DNA of 64,000 nucleotides from an uncultured Acidimicrobiia bacterium (GTDB taxonomy: Bacteria > Actinomycetota > Acidimicrobiia > Acidimicrobiales > Ilumatobacteraceae): NCBI GenBank assembly GCA_963844915.1, contig CAWJQF010000008.1, forward strand, positions 107,476 to 171,475, given 5' to 3'. Position numbers and translations under genes: made by a program. Each line of letters opens with the position of its first letter. The first letter of the stretch is position 1. This document shows, piece after piece, positions 39,641 to 49,164 of this stretch. Below the pieces are notes generated by a model that was not told the DNA's origin, did no database searches, and worked only from the letters and a program-made list of their open reading frames with translations.

Positions 39641-42007
39641 TCACCGCCACCACTTGCGGGCCGTTGCTGCCAGCGCGTCGGCGTCGACGCGCTCGGCCCG
39701 CTCGGCGACGTGCCACAGATGACGCAACCACGAGGACGTCCACAGCACCCCCAACACTGTCGCCGCAGCATCAGCGCCGGAGGCGACGACGCAGCCACCT
39801 ACGGCGTCGACGCTTCGCCGATGCCAGTCCTCGATGCGGGCGTCGATCGACGCCCCGGTTCCGTCCAGCCGGAACCGCGCCGCCAGCTCGCCTGCCTCCT
39901 CCTTCAGGGTGTCGGCGGCGTGGCGGCAGGGAGCTGATGCCGCCGGGACCTTTGGCACGTACTCCAACGCGCCGGCGATCTCGTTCACGAGCAGGCTCGT
40001 CGCCAGCATCTCCTGCGCGGAACTGACCGCCAGCCGCCGCCGGCCCTGCTCGCCGAGGAACGAGATGAACGTCTCGGAGGCCCGTCGCTCGGCCGCCACC
40101 GCGGCGCGACGAGCGCTGACGAGGACCTCGTCGGCAGCAGGCTCGTCGGGCGGGCCGAGGCGATCCTCGACCGCGCCGGCGACGTACCGGCCATTGGCAG
40201 CGATTGCCAGCTTCCAGACGTTGCGCAACTCGGCGCTCGCCCCGCGAGGCCAGAACACGACGCTCACGACCAGGCTCACTGCCGCCCCAAGAGCGATGTC
40301 GCTCAACCGGATGAGCCCGGTGCGCCAGCCCTGGGGAACCAGCAGGTTGAACAGCACGACGACGAACACGGTGAAGGACGCCTGGCCGACCATGAAGTGG
40401 ATCGCCGAGGGTGTGTACGCGGCGAGGAAGCCGGCGATCGGCAGGAGCATCCAGAGGAACCAGTCGTCGGCGGTGATGCTGACGAGCCCTGCTGCCAAGC
40501 CGAAGCCGACCAGCGTGCCGAAGAGTCCCTGCACCACGGTGTAGCCCGTCGACAACGCGCTGCCCCGCAGCACGCTGAGCGTGCCCAAGGCGACCCAGAA
40601 CGCGTGCGGAACATCCCCGATCAGCGCCACGGCGATGGCGATGCCGAGGGCCACGCCGACGCGGACGGCGTCGCGGAACCACACCGACTCCAGGCGCAGG
40701 TGCGTGCGGAACGTGAACTGCGCCCGCTTGACCACCTCGCCGGGTGAGCGGGGTTCGACGACGACCGCGGGGTCAGCCGTGGCGGGAACGGGCTGGCGAT
40801 TGATGACGGCGACGTTCGTGGCGAGCGACAGCACGGCGTACGAGAGGGCGCGAGGAGCGAACCGGCGCTCGAGGCGCGTCGCGGCGTCGGCGGCCGCCAC
40901 GTCGGGACTCGCGACGAACGTGGCCTCCAGCGCTTCGCGATGGCGAGCGCGTGCGTCGATCACCGCATCCAGCGGCACCGCATCGTCTCCCGTCAGCGCG
41001 CGCCCGCAGTGGCGCAGTTCGTCCGCGCACGAGCTGACCAATGTCGCGTCGGGTGCCTCGAGTGGAGTCGAGCGAATGGTGAGGCGAGCCAGGTCGAGCA
41101 CCCACGGGAGCCGCTGGAGCACCCGCACGATTGCCCGGTCGTGGACGGTGGGGCCGGCCGGCCGGAACGGGGCCATGCGAAAGCGCATCTGAGCGGCGTG
41201 CACGGCGTCGCCCGCTCGATCATCCAGCGCCGCGACATGGTCGTGGTCAGCGCCGCCATCGAGCCCGTCGAGCATGTCAGCGAGCGCGCTGCATGCATCC
41301 GCCATCGCAGCTTGGATCTTTGGTCGCTCCCGGGCCGGCCACAGCAGGACGGCCGCGAAGGCGGCGACGGTCCCGCCCACGGCCCAGCCGAGGACGCGCT
41401 CGCCGATCGGGCTGTTGGTCGTCGGCAGCGCAACGGCGAGGACGAAGGCGAGCGTCACGGCGAATCCGGCTGCCTTGAAGTAACCCCCGAGGACCCCGAC
41501 GAAGCGGATCACGAACCCGACCACGGCCATCGCCAGGCAAGCAACGATGAGCCACTTGGCGACCACCGTGCCGAGAGCGACCAGCCCGGCCCCGACGGCG
41601 GTCATGACGAGGTAGCCGAAGAAGCGGCGCGGCAGCGGGCCACCGAGATCGGCCAGGGCGATCGACGCGAACGACCCAAAGCTGACGAACAGCGCCGCCG
41701 TCTCGAGATCCAACCCGAACCCGACGATGGCGAAGAGCGGCGGCGAGACGACTGCCACGCGCAGCCCGCGTCGCAGGAAGACGCGGTCCGGGTCGTGCAC
41801 CCGCCCGCGCAGGAACGTCCACGACCGCGCGCCGAACGAGCCGCCCGACGCCCCTCGACTTGTGTCCTCCGCAGGTTTGATCGCAGAACGGTACGCGGGA
41901 TCGCGTCGTTCAGAGGTGAACACCCGGTTCGGCACGGCGGCGCCTCCAGGCGCATCGCCGGCCGCATCAGGAGGTGACACAAAATGGCCTTCTAGGGTGA
42001 CCGGCAT
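39641..42007 (-). CDS. FUSC/ArAE-like (fusaric-acid-resistance-type) integral membrane protein
   Basis: Two blocks of about 5-6 TM helices are separated by a long helical soluble region, which is typical FUSC architecture. The start is uncertain: ATG at 42007 was chosen and the track start is 42148. Confidence 0.6.
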   Translation of the reverse strand: MPVTLEGHFVSPPDAAGDAPGGAAVPNRVFTSERRDPAYRSAIKPAEDTSRGASGGSFGARSWTFLRGRVHDPDRVFLRRGLRVAVVSPPLFAIVGFGLDLETAALFVSFGSFASIALADLGGPLPRRFFGYLVMTAVGAGLVALGTVVAKWLIVACLAMAVVGFVIRFVGVLGGYFKAAGFAVTLAFVLAVALPTTNSPIGERVLGWAVGGTVAAFAAVLLWPARERPKIQAAMADACSALADMLDGLDGGADHDHVAALDDRAGDAVHAAQMRFRMAPFRPAGPTVHDRAIVRVLQRLPWVLDLARLTIRSTPLEAPDATLVSSCADELRHCGRALTGDDAVPLDAVIDARARHREALEATFVASPDVAAADAATRLERRFAPRALSYAVLSLATNVAVINRQPVPATADPAVVVEPRSPGEVVKRAQFTFRTHLRLESVWFRDAVRVGVALGIAIAVALIGDVPHAFWVALGTLSVLRGSALSTGYTVVQGLFGTLVGFGLAAGLVSITADDWFLWMLLPIAGFLAAYTPSAIHFMVGQASFTVFVVVLFNLLVPQGWRTGLIRLSDIALGAAVSLVVSVVFWPRGASAELRNVWKLAIAANGRYVAGAVEDRLGPPDEPAADEVLVSARRAAVAAERRASETFISFLGEQGRRRLAVSSAQEMLATSLLVNEIAGALEYVPKVPAASAPCRHAADTLKEEAGELAARFRLDGTGASIDARIEDWHRRSVDAVGGCVVASGADAAATVLGVLWTSSWLRHLWHVAERAERVDADALAATARKWWR

Positions 42008-42755
42008 GATCAGGGTGGAGCACGTCGGTGAGGTCGCCGTCGTTCGGCTCGAGCACGGGAAGGTCAACACGCTCGATGTCGAACTGCTCGAGGAGTTGGC
42101 AGACGTAGTGGACGATCTCGCCGAGTCGGCGCCGGCCATTGTCGTCACCGGGAACGGCCGGGTCTTCTCGGCTGGTGCGGACCTGAAGCGAGTACTGGAA
42201 GGTGGCGCCGACTACGTGGCGGCGTTCATCCCCGCACTGCATCGGGCCTTCCTGACGCTGTTCCGGTGCCGGCGGCCGACGGTCGCCGCGGTCGAGGGCG
42301 CGGCCATCGCCGGAGGCTGCATCATCACGGCCGCTTGCGACCATCGGTTGATGGCCGAAGGTTCGGGCAGGATCGGAGCCAACGAGCTGGTGGTCGGCGT
42401 CCCATTTCCAGCGGCCGCCATCGAGGTCATGCGCCACGCCTGCGGCCACCGCACAGGTGACCTGGTGCTGCGGGCGCGCCTGCTCGACGTGTACGAGGCG
42501 GTCGGCGCCGAGCTGATCCACGAAGCCGTTTCTCCAGAGCGCCTCGTGGAGCGGGCCGTCGAGGTCGCCACCGAGCTGGCGGCACTGCCGAGCGAGGCGT
42601 ACGCGATGGCGAAGCAGCACCTGCGCCTCGACTCGATCGCCCGCATCGAGCGGGACTCGCCCGTGGTCGATCCGACCGTGGCGCGCATCTGGGCGGCGGA
42701 GGAGACGTTGGCCCGCATCGGCGCGCAGCTCGAGCGTGTGAAGGCGAGCCGGTGA
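42006..42755 (+). CDS. enoyl-CoA hydratase/isomerase (crotonase) family protein
   Basis: VVRLEHGKVNTL, VVTGNGRVFSAGADL, VEGAAIAGGCII: the crotonase fold. Confidence 0.85.
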   Translation: MIRVEHVGEVAVVRLEHGKVNTLDVELLEELADVVDDLAESAPAIVVTGNGRVFSAGADLKRVLEGGADYVAAFIPALHRAFLTLFRCRRPTVAAVEGAAIAGGCIITAACDHRLMAEGSGRIGANELVVGVPFPAAAIEVMRHACGHRTGDLVLRARLLDVYEAVGAELIHEAVSPERLVERAVEVATELAALPSEAYAMAKQHLRLDSIARIERDSPVVDPTVARIWAAEETLARIGAQLERVKASR

Positions 42756-43264
42756 CGCCGTTGCCGAGTGCGAAGGCGTTCGGCGAGGACGAACGCAGCG
42801 TGCTGTTCGGCTACCTCGACTACCACCGCGCCGTGCTCGCCCGGAAGGCCGAGGGCATCACTGAGGAGCAGGCGCGACTGGCGGCGTGTCCACCGAGCGG
42901 GCTGACCCTGCTCGGGCTGATCCGCCACATGACCGAGGTCGAGCGCATTTGGTTCCGCCGATCGCTGTTCGCCGAGGACGTACCGCCGATCTACCGGATG
43001 ATCAGCGACGACGACGGCAACGAGGGCGACCTCAACCCGCTGCCCGATGCAACGCTCGCCGACGCGCTGGATGCGTACTGGACCGAGATCGAGGTGGCCG
43101 ACCGCAACCTCGCCGGCGCCTCGTTGGACGACGTCGGGATTGGCGAGCCGGACCCCGGCCACAGCGTGCGCCGAACCATCGTCCACATGATCGAGGAGTA
43201 CGCCCGCCACTGCGGCCACGCCGACCTCCTGCGTCAAGCCATCGACGGCTCGATCGGCGACTGA
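42752..43264 (+). CDS. DinB/DUF664 (mycothiol-transferase-like) family protein
   Basis: YLDYHRAVLARKAEGITEEQ, LIRHMTEVERIWF, HMIEEYARHCGHADLLRQ (His triad). The GTG start overlaps the upstream stop (GTGA). Confidence 0.75.
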   Translation: MTPLPSAKAFGEDERSVLFGYLDYHRAVLARKAEGITEEQARLAACPPSGLTLLGLIRHMTEVERIWFRRSLFAEDVPPIYRMISDDDGNEGDLNPLPDATLADALDAYWTEIEVADRNLAGASLDDVGIGEPDPGHSVRRTIVHMIEEYARHCGHADLLRQAIDGSIGD

Positions 43265-43428
43265 ATCGTCCGGACGCCGCCGCCGCGGTCGTTCGAGCCG
43301 CGCCAGTTGGTCCGTGGGAACAGTTGTTCCTCACGGTAAGGTGCGTTCGTCGACGGCCCCCCTGTCGGCGCGCAGACGCTCCGTTGTTCCGGCCGAATGC
43401 GCTGTTGAGCAATCGAAAGTGTTTCCCC

Positions 43429-44805
43429 ATGTCCACCGGCTATGCCCGGTTTGCCGAGCTCGGCGTGCCCACCGATCTGTGTGCACGTCTCGACGCAGAC
43501 GCGATCACCGAACCGTTCCCCATCCAGTCCGCCGTCATCCCCGATGCCCTCGCCGGCCGGGACGTCTCCGGCCGTGCACCCACCGGCTCGGGCAAGACGC
43601 TGGCCTTCGGTCTGCCGCTCGTCGTCCGGATGCGTCCGGCGCAACGTCGTCGGCCCACGGCGCTCGTTCTCGCCCCAACTCGCGAGCTCGCCGAACAGAT
43701 CACCAACGAGCTACGGCCGTTCGTGCGCCTACGCGGCCATCACGTCGTCTCCGTGTACGGCGGGGTGGGCTACGGCCCCCAGCGCAAAGCCCTCGACGCC
43801 GCCGCCGAACTGGTGGTGGCCTGCCCCGGCCGGCTCGAGGATCTGATCCAGTCCGGTCTCGTGGAGCTCGATGACGTCGACCAGGTCGTCGTCGACGAGG
43901 CCGACCGCATGGCCGACATGGGGTTCCTTCCCGCAGTACGGCGCATCGTCGAGCTGACCAGCGAGCAACGCCAGGTGCTGATGTTCTCCGCCACGTTCGA
44001 TGCTGCAGTGTCCAAGCTCGCCACTGAAATCCAGCGCGATCCCATCGTCCACGAGATCGGCCAGCAAGGCCCCGACCTGACGAGCGCCCGCCACATCTTC
44101 TGGCGGGTCGACCGGACCGAGCGCGCCACTGCCACGGCGGACGCGATCAACACGATCGGGTCGACGATCGTCTTCTGCCGCACGCGGCATGGTGCCGATC
44201 GGCTCACGAAGCAGCTCGACAAGCTCGGCGTGACCGCGATCCCGATCCACGGCGGCCGCAGCCAGCCGCAGCGCGACCGCGCCCTTCGTGCGTTCGCCCG
44301 CGGCGAGGTGCGCTCGCTCATCGCCACCGACGTCGCCGCCCGAGGTGTGCACGTGGACGGTGTCGCCGGCGTCGTCCACTTCGATCCACCGCAGGATGCC
44401 GCGACCTACGTTCACCGCTCCGGGCGCACGGCACGTGCAGGCGCGACGGGCGTCGTCGTCTCGCTGATCGAGCGGTCGGCCACGCACTCCGCTCGTGTGC
44501 TGCAACGGGACGTCGGCATCGAGGCCGACATCTCGAACGTCGACCTCGACGCACTCACCGAGACACCCCGCCCTCGCCCTGCACCCTCACCGGGGCGCGA
44601 CCGAGGCATCGTCAAGTTCTTCAATGGCGGTCGCGGCTATGGCTTCATCGACCGCGGCACGGGCGTTGACCTGTTCGTCCACCATTCGAGCGTGCCGGCG
44701 GGAGCGTCGCTGCAGATCGGCACCGCCGTCGAGTTCGCGATCCGACCGGGGCGCAAGGGCGACGAGGCGCACGACGTCACGCTCGCCTCAGCATCATCTC
44801 ACTGA
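43429..44805 (+). CDS. DEAD-box RNA helicase with C-terminal cold-shock domain
   Basis: Q motif (FPIQSAVIP), APTGSGKT, DEAD, SAT and HRSGRTARAG, then a Pro-rich linker. A CSD follows at 44605..44790: GIVKFFNGGRGYGFIDRGTGVDLFVHHS (RNP1 and RNP2). Confidence 0.9.
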   Translation: MSTGYARFAELGVPTDLCARLDADAITEPFPIQSAVIPDALAGRDVSGRAPTGSGKTLAFGLPLVVRMRPAQRRRPTALVLAPTRELAEQITNELRPFVRLRGHHVVSVYGGVGYGPQRKALDAAAELVVACPGRLEDLIQSGLVELDDVDQVVVDEADRMADMGFLPAVRRIVELTSEQRQVLMFSATFDAAVSKLATEIQRDPIVHEIGQQGPDLTSARHIFWRVDRTERATATADAINTIGSTIVFCRTRHGADRLTKQLDKLGVTAIPIHGGRSQPQRDRALRAFARGEVRSLIATDVAARGVHVDGVAGVVHFDPPQDAATYVHRSGRTARAGATGVVVSLIERSATHSARVLQRDVGIEADISNVDLDALTETPRPRPAPSPGRDRGIVKFFNGGRGYGFIDRGTGVDLFVHHSSVPAGASLQIGTAVEFAIRPGRKGDEAHDVTLASASSH

Positions 44806-44840
44806 CTTCCTAGTGTCGGATCTCCCGGCGAGCTAGGGAG

Positions 44841-45471
44841 GTGGCCTTGAAGGGTTCGCACAAGCGGGTGGTCGCCGCGACCGTGCTCGTCGTCGCAGCC
44901 CTCGCCGCAGTGGCGGTGATCGGCCTCTTGGTGAGATCAGATCGCAACGCGACGCCCGCGAGCGGCACGTTCAGGCCGCCGCCCCGGTCTTCGACGAAGT
45001 TGCCAGGTCCACCCACGTGTGCGCCTACGACCGTCCGGGGACGGTGCGGTACGTCGACCCACCGGCGCTAACGACCCGCAGCACGCCGACGACCCAACCG
45101 CGGTCACTTGACGGGATGGCGGCCGACCTCGAACAGCTCGTGGCAGCAGCGGGCATCCCTGGGCCCTACGTGCTCGTCGGCCACTCCCTGGGAGGGCTTG
45201 TCGTGCACCTGTTCGCCCAGCAGCACCCGGGGACACGGCCGGTGTCGCCGTGGTGAGCCCCGGCGAGCCGTTTCCCGACGTGCCGGGCATGGCGCCAGAG
45301 GTGATCGTCGGGCTCAACGACGTCTGGGCCGCGGCACAGGACTCGTTGGTGCCCTCGGGATCCGACGCGCCACACGTCATCGCCACAGGCAGCGGTCACA
45401 ACATCCATCAGTCCGCGCCGGACCTCACCACTGCCGTCATCCGCCTCGTGCTCGAACGCTCGGCCCGCTGA
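44841..45471 (+). pseudogene. decayed alpha/beta hydrolase gene (three frames, shortened)
   Basis: RBS GGGAGG plus GTG and a signal anchor (frame a). The middle part is VCAYDRPG...YVLVGHSLGGLVVHLFAQQHPG with a GxSxG elbow (frame b). The end is VVSPGEP...ATGSGHNIHQSAPDL with the catalytic-His region (frame c). The total is only about 210 codons and lacks the HG oxyanion segment. Confidence 0.6.
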
Positions 45472-45478
45472 GAGGACG

Positions 45479-46438
45479 TCACTCGTCGGGTGGAGCAGCG
45501 TCGGCGATGCCAGCGCGCTCGTCCCGCGCTGCCCACTCGAGCAACTCGTCGATCCGGAACACCGCTTGATCGATCCCCGCGTGCAGGTCGCCGAGCTCGG
45601 CGAACCTCGCCGGGACCGTCGCCATCGTGCAGTCGCCCGGCTCGACGGTGTCGATCTCCTCCCAGGTGATCGGCGTCGACACGGTGCCGTTCGGCACGCC
45701 GCGCACCGAGTACGCCGCCGCCATCGTGTGATCCCTCGCGTTCTGGTTGTAGTCCACGAACACGGTCGTCGGGTCACGGTCCTTCCGCCACCACGTCGTG
45801 GTCACCATCCCACCAGCGCGCCGCTCGACCTCTCGAGCGAACGCCAGCGCCGCCGACCGCACTTCCCGGAATCCGTGCGACGGCTCGATGCGCACGTAGA
45901 TGTGCATCCCCTTGCCACCCGACGTCTTCGGCCACCCGACGGCGCCCAACTCATCGAGCACGCCCCGTGCGACGTGGGCGACCCGCCGGACCGTGTCGAG
46001 TGTGCAGTTCGGCATCGGGTCGAGGTCGATCCGCCATTCGTCCGGCTTCTCGACGTCGCTGCGCCGGCTGTTCCAGGGATGGAACTCGACGGTCGACATC
46101 TGCACCGCCCAGATCACCTCGGCGAGCTCCGTGACGCACAGCTCGTCGGCGTGCTGGCCATAGCGCGGGAAGTGCAGCCGGACGGTGTGCAGCCACGGCG
46201 GCGCGCCCGCCGGTACACGCTTCTGGTGCACCTTTTCGCCGCTCAGCCCTGTCGGGAAGCGGTGCATCATGCACGGCCGCTCACGGATGGCGTTGACGAT
46301 GCCCGGCCCGACGGCGAGGTAGTAGTTGACGAGGTCGAGCTTCGTCGCACCCGTGGCTGGGAAGTACGGCCGGTCGGGGTTGGTGATCCTGACGGTGCGC
46401 TGTCCAACCGCGAGTTCGATCGCCGGAGCCTTGGCCAC
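45479..46438 (-). CDS. LigD-type primase-polymerase (PolDom) stand-alone protein
   Basis: RITNPDRPYFP, VEFHPWNSR, IDLDP, KTSGGKGMHIYV and VDYNQNARDHT are the AEP/LigD polymerase-domain motifs. GTG start. Confidence 0.85.
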   Translation of the reverse strand: MAKAPAIELAVGQRTVRITNPDRPYFPATGATKLDLVNYYLAVGPGIVNAIRERPCMMHRFPTGLSGEKVHQKRVPAGAPPWLHTVRLHFPRYGQHADELCVTELAEVIWAVQMSTVEFHPWNSRRSDVEKPDEWRIDLDPMPNCTLDTVRRVAHVARGVLDELGAVGWPKTSGGKGMHIYVRIEPSHGFREVRSAALAFAREVERRAGGMVTTTWWRKDRDPTTVFVDYNQNARDHTMAAAYSVRGVPNGTVSTPITWEEIDTVEPGDCTMATVPARFAELGDLHAGIDQAVFRIDELLEWAARDERAGIADAAPPDE

Positions 46439-46453
46439 GGCGCCGATACTTGC

Positions 46454-47641
46454 TCAGGCTGGTCCGTAGGCCAGCTCGGGATACGCGGGATCAGGGCCAT
46501 CGAGGATCCCGCTGTCGCCATCGCCATCGCCGTCGCCGTCGCCGTCGCCGAGGTGCTTGTCGAAGAACGCCAGCACGAGGTCGCTGATGATCCGCCACAT
46601 GCGCTCGGCGCCGATCGTGGTCGCGGCGAGCATCCCGGTGACCATCGCGTCCGCCTTTCTCGGCAGCAACGGTATGTCGAGGAAGCTGAGATGCGTTGCC
46701 CCAGCGACGCGCACGGTGTACCCGGGCCGACTCCGCTCGTGGACCGTGCGCCACCCACCGACCGTGATCGCTTTCTCGGCGACGAACCACTCGGCGTCGG
46801 GCGCCATGCCAGTCTGCACGGCCTTCTCGGGTGAGACGGCGAACTCCTCGTGCTCGGCGAGCACCTGCAGCGCAGGTCGCTCCAGGCCGACCTTGCCGAC
46901 GTCGGTCCAGAGCGCACCGTCGAGGTTCACCGCGGCCCGGCCACGGGGGTCGGTGCGGCACCACTCGAGTGCCGCGTTCCCACCGAAGGAGACGCCGAAC
47001 GCGCCCATCCGCGAGAGATCGAGACGTCCCCCGAAGCGACCGGCAGCGTCGGCGTCGAGCAGGCCGACCTGACCGGCGACGAACGCCAGGTCGGCCGCCT
47101 TGAGCATGCACACCTCAGCCCGTGCACGGAACGCCTCGTCGTGGTTGCCGCTCTGCGGTCCGAGCGCGCCGGCCACGGCCTGTGGGTTCATCGCGACGAC
47201 CCGTCCATCGCTGAACACGGTCACGGTCGATTCGTACGTGTGGTTGACACCGACGACGACGTACCCGTGACTCGCCAACTCCTCGGCGAGGGAGCTGTGC
47301 AGCAGCGGCGGGAACCCGCTGATCGACATCAGCAGCACCGGGTACTTCGTGTCGCCACCGGCGAGCGGTGCTTCCTCCACGGCGTGGGCGCGCACGCCAT
47401 CCACTTCGAGTCCGAGGAACTGCGCGTTCGGAGCCCAACTCGCCGGCAGGTACTCAGCTCTCCTCGCGCCCGCCTCGGCGGCGGCCGGATACCACACCCA
47501 CACGACCAGTTCGCGCCGATCCTCGGCGTCCGCCGAGTAGATCTCGGCGCGGTCCTGGTCCACCCACTCGTACGACACCCTTCCGATGGCGTGCGGTCCC
47601 GTCGGGTCAGGCAGCGGTTCGGGCGTGGCGTTCGACATCAT
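46454..47641 (-). CDS. alpha/beta hydrolase, PAF-acetylhydrolase/lipase-like
   Basis: YPVLLMSISGF...LAEELASHGYVVVGVNH, GAFGVSFGG (nucleophile elbow), ATHLSF. The C-terminus carries a (GD)6 run. Confidence 0.65.
   Translation of the reverse strand: MMSNATPEPLPDPTGPHAIGRVSYEWVDQDRAEIYSADAEDRRELVVWVWYPAAAEAGARRAEYLPASWAPNAQFLGLEVDGVRAHAVEEAPLAGGDTKYPVLLMSISGFPPLLHSSLAEELASHGYVVVGVNHTYESTVTVFSDGRVVAMNPQAVAGALGPQSGNHDEAFRARAEVCMLKAADLAFVAGQVGLLDADAAGRFGGRLDLSRMGAFGVSFGGNAALEWCRTDPRGRAAVNLDGALWTDVGKVGLERPALQVLAEHEEFAVSPEKAVQTGMAPDAEWFVAEKAITVGGWRTVHERSRPGYTVRVAGATHLSFLDIPLLPRKADAMVTGMLAATTIGAERMWRIISDLVLAFFDKHLGDGDGDGDGDGDSGILDGPDPAYPELAYGPA
46514..46549. repeat. hexanucleotide microsatellite (RTCGCC)x6 encoding GDGDGDGDGDGD
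   Basis: Read directly: GTCGCC ATCGCC ATCGCC GTCGCC GTCGCC GTCGCC. It is in frame near the 3' end of the hydrolase gene. Confidence 0.9.
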
Positions 47642-47903
47642 TGCTCCTCGGGATCCTCAGGCCGGCGTGGTTGGCCTCGGGATCGACGCCGACTCGGCCG
47701 AGTTGCAGCCGAAAGTCCGGTTCGTACCGCACGTTGCCGAGCTCCTCTCGTTGGGTCACGTGCGTCCCTTGGCGCCGCGGCCAACCCTGGACGGAGCGTC
47801 CATGTCCGTCCGTCTGCACCGTATTTCCGAGTGGCCGATCCCGAAAGCAGACCACGTCGAGCTTTGGACGCCTTGGCAGCGCGTGCAACATATCGAACAG
47901 GTG

Positions 47904-47932
47904 TTGACATCTAGAACGAACACCAGTACGAT
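47904..47932 (+). promoter_or_regulatory. sigma-A-like promoter (TTGACA-17 nt-TACGAT) giving a leaderless transcript of the DUF222/HNH gene
   Basis: TTGACA is at 47904..47909, followed by an exact 17-nt spacer and TACGAT at 47927..47932. The ATG at 47940 is 7 nt after the -10 hexamer. Confidence 0.5.
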
Positions 47933-47939
47933 ACCATCC

Positions 47940-49138
47940 ATGCGCGCTGAGGCGTTGGCGAGGGATCTCGAGGAGCGCCTCAAGGTCGTTTGCGGTCATC
48001 TGAACGCGGCACATGCCCAGCTGGTCGACGTCGTGGCGGAGGTGATCGAGCAAGATGCGTGGTCCGGGATCGGCGTCCGCTCGCCGAAGCACTGGCTCAC
48101 GTGGCAGGCCGGCATCGACCCCGCCACCGCCGACAAGGTGCTACGCCTTGCCGCCGCGAAGGTGACCCATCCGGCCGTGACTGCGGTGTTCGATGACGGC
48201 CGGTTGTCGTTGGATCAGGCGGCGGTTGCCGTGACCGCCCCGGTCCACGTGGATGCGACGATGGCCGAGTTGGCGCCGCTCTCGACGGTTGCCCAACTGC
48301 GCATCGAAGTGCGCGCCGCCACGCCGCCGGCGGATCCGGCACACCGGCCACACCGGCCACACCGACGGAGTCGGTCGCCACCTGGTTCGACCAAGGTGGC
48401 CGCTACCACCTGCGCGCCGAGCTCGACGCCGACCGGGGACGCGTCCTCGATGCGGCGCTGCGCGAAGCCCGCGACCGCCTCTTCGGCGACGGTCAACACA
48501 CGGTCACCACCGCCGACGCCCTTGTCGACGTGGCGGAGCGGGCCCTCGCTGCGGTGCCGTTGGAGCGACAGAACCTGTACCGCATCAACGTGTTCATCGA
48601 CCCGACCGCCAACCTGCTCGCCACGTGGGGGGATGGGTTCCCGGTACCCGAATCGATCCGCCGGCTCCTCACCTGCGACGGCACGATCACCCCGACCTTC
48701 GTCGCCCAAGGCCGGCCACTCAGTGTCGCCCCGACGATCAAAGGCATCCCCGACCGGATCCGCCGGCTCGTGCTCGCCCGCGACAGGAAATGTCGTGTCC
48801 CGTGGTGCCACAACACCCGCCGTCTCGACATCCACCACATCGTCCACCGCCAGCACGGAGGTCCCACTGAGCTGCGGAACGTCTGCGCCCTGTGCCGCAG
48901 CTGCCACCGTCAACACCACCTCGGACAACTCGGCATCGCCGGCAACGCCGAACAACCCGACGGAATCACCTTCACCGACTCCACCGGCCGCCCCCTCTCC
49001 CCGGCGGCGCGACCCAGACCCCCCACCGGACCACCGCTCGAACCCAACCAGCCCTACGCCCACCCCACCGGCGAACACCTCGACACCCGCTGGCTCACCT
49101 TCCCCCCAGCGCGCAAACCACCCACCGCAGCGGCATGA
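47940..49138 (+). pseudogene. DUF222-HNH endonuclease (13E12-repeat-family-like), frame broken once
   Basis: The DUF222 N-terminus (LNAAHAQLVDVVAEVIEQDAW..SPKHWLTWQAGI) is in frame 0. From about 48330 the coding signal continues in another frame: TESVATWFDQGGRYHLRAELDADRGRVLDAAL...RKCRVPWCHNTRRLDIHHIVHRQHGGPTELRNVCALCRSCHRQHH (HNH). Confidence 0.75.
48340..48366. repeat. 9-bp tandem repeat x3 (CACACCGGC, CACACCGGC, CACACCGAC)
   Basis: Read directly. It encodes TPATPATPT in the downstream frame and starts 3 nt after a GGATCC site at 48332..48337. Confidence 0.85.
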
Positions 49139-49164
49139 GGTCAGGTCACTCACGTCACGTCACG

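Noticed and set aside
42005-42008. Divergent start codons overlapping in CATG (also at 18821..18824 and 56286..56289)
   Set aside because: This is most likely a by-product of choosing the longest ORFs. In at least two of the three cases a better-supported start lies further in. There is no evidence of functional coupling.
47586-47939. N-terminal extension of the DUF222/HNH ORF (including MSVRLHRISEWPIPK...)
   Set aside because: It shows no DUF222-like sequence. A near-consensus promoter sits inside it and points to the ATG at 47940. This stays uncertain without homologue alignment.
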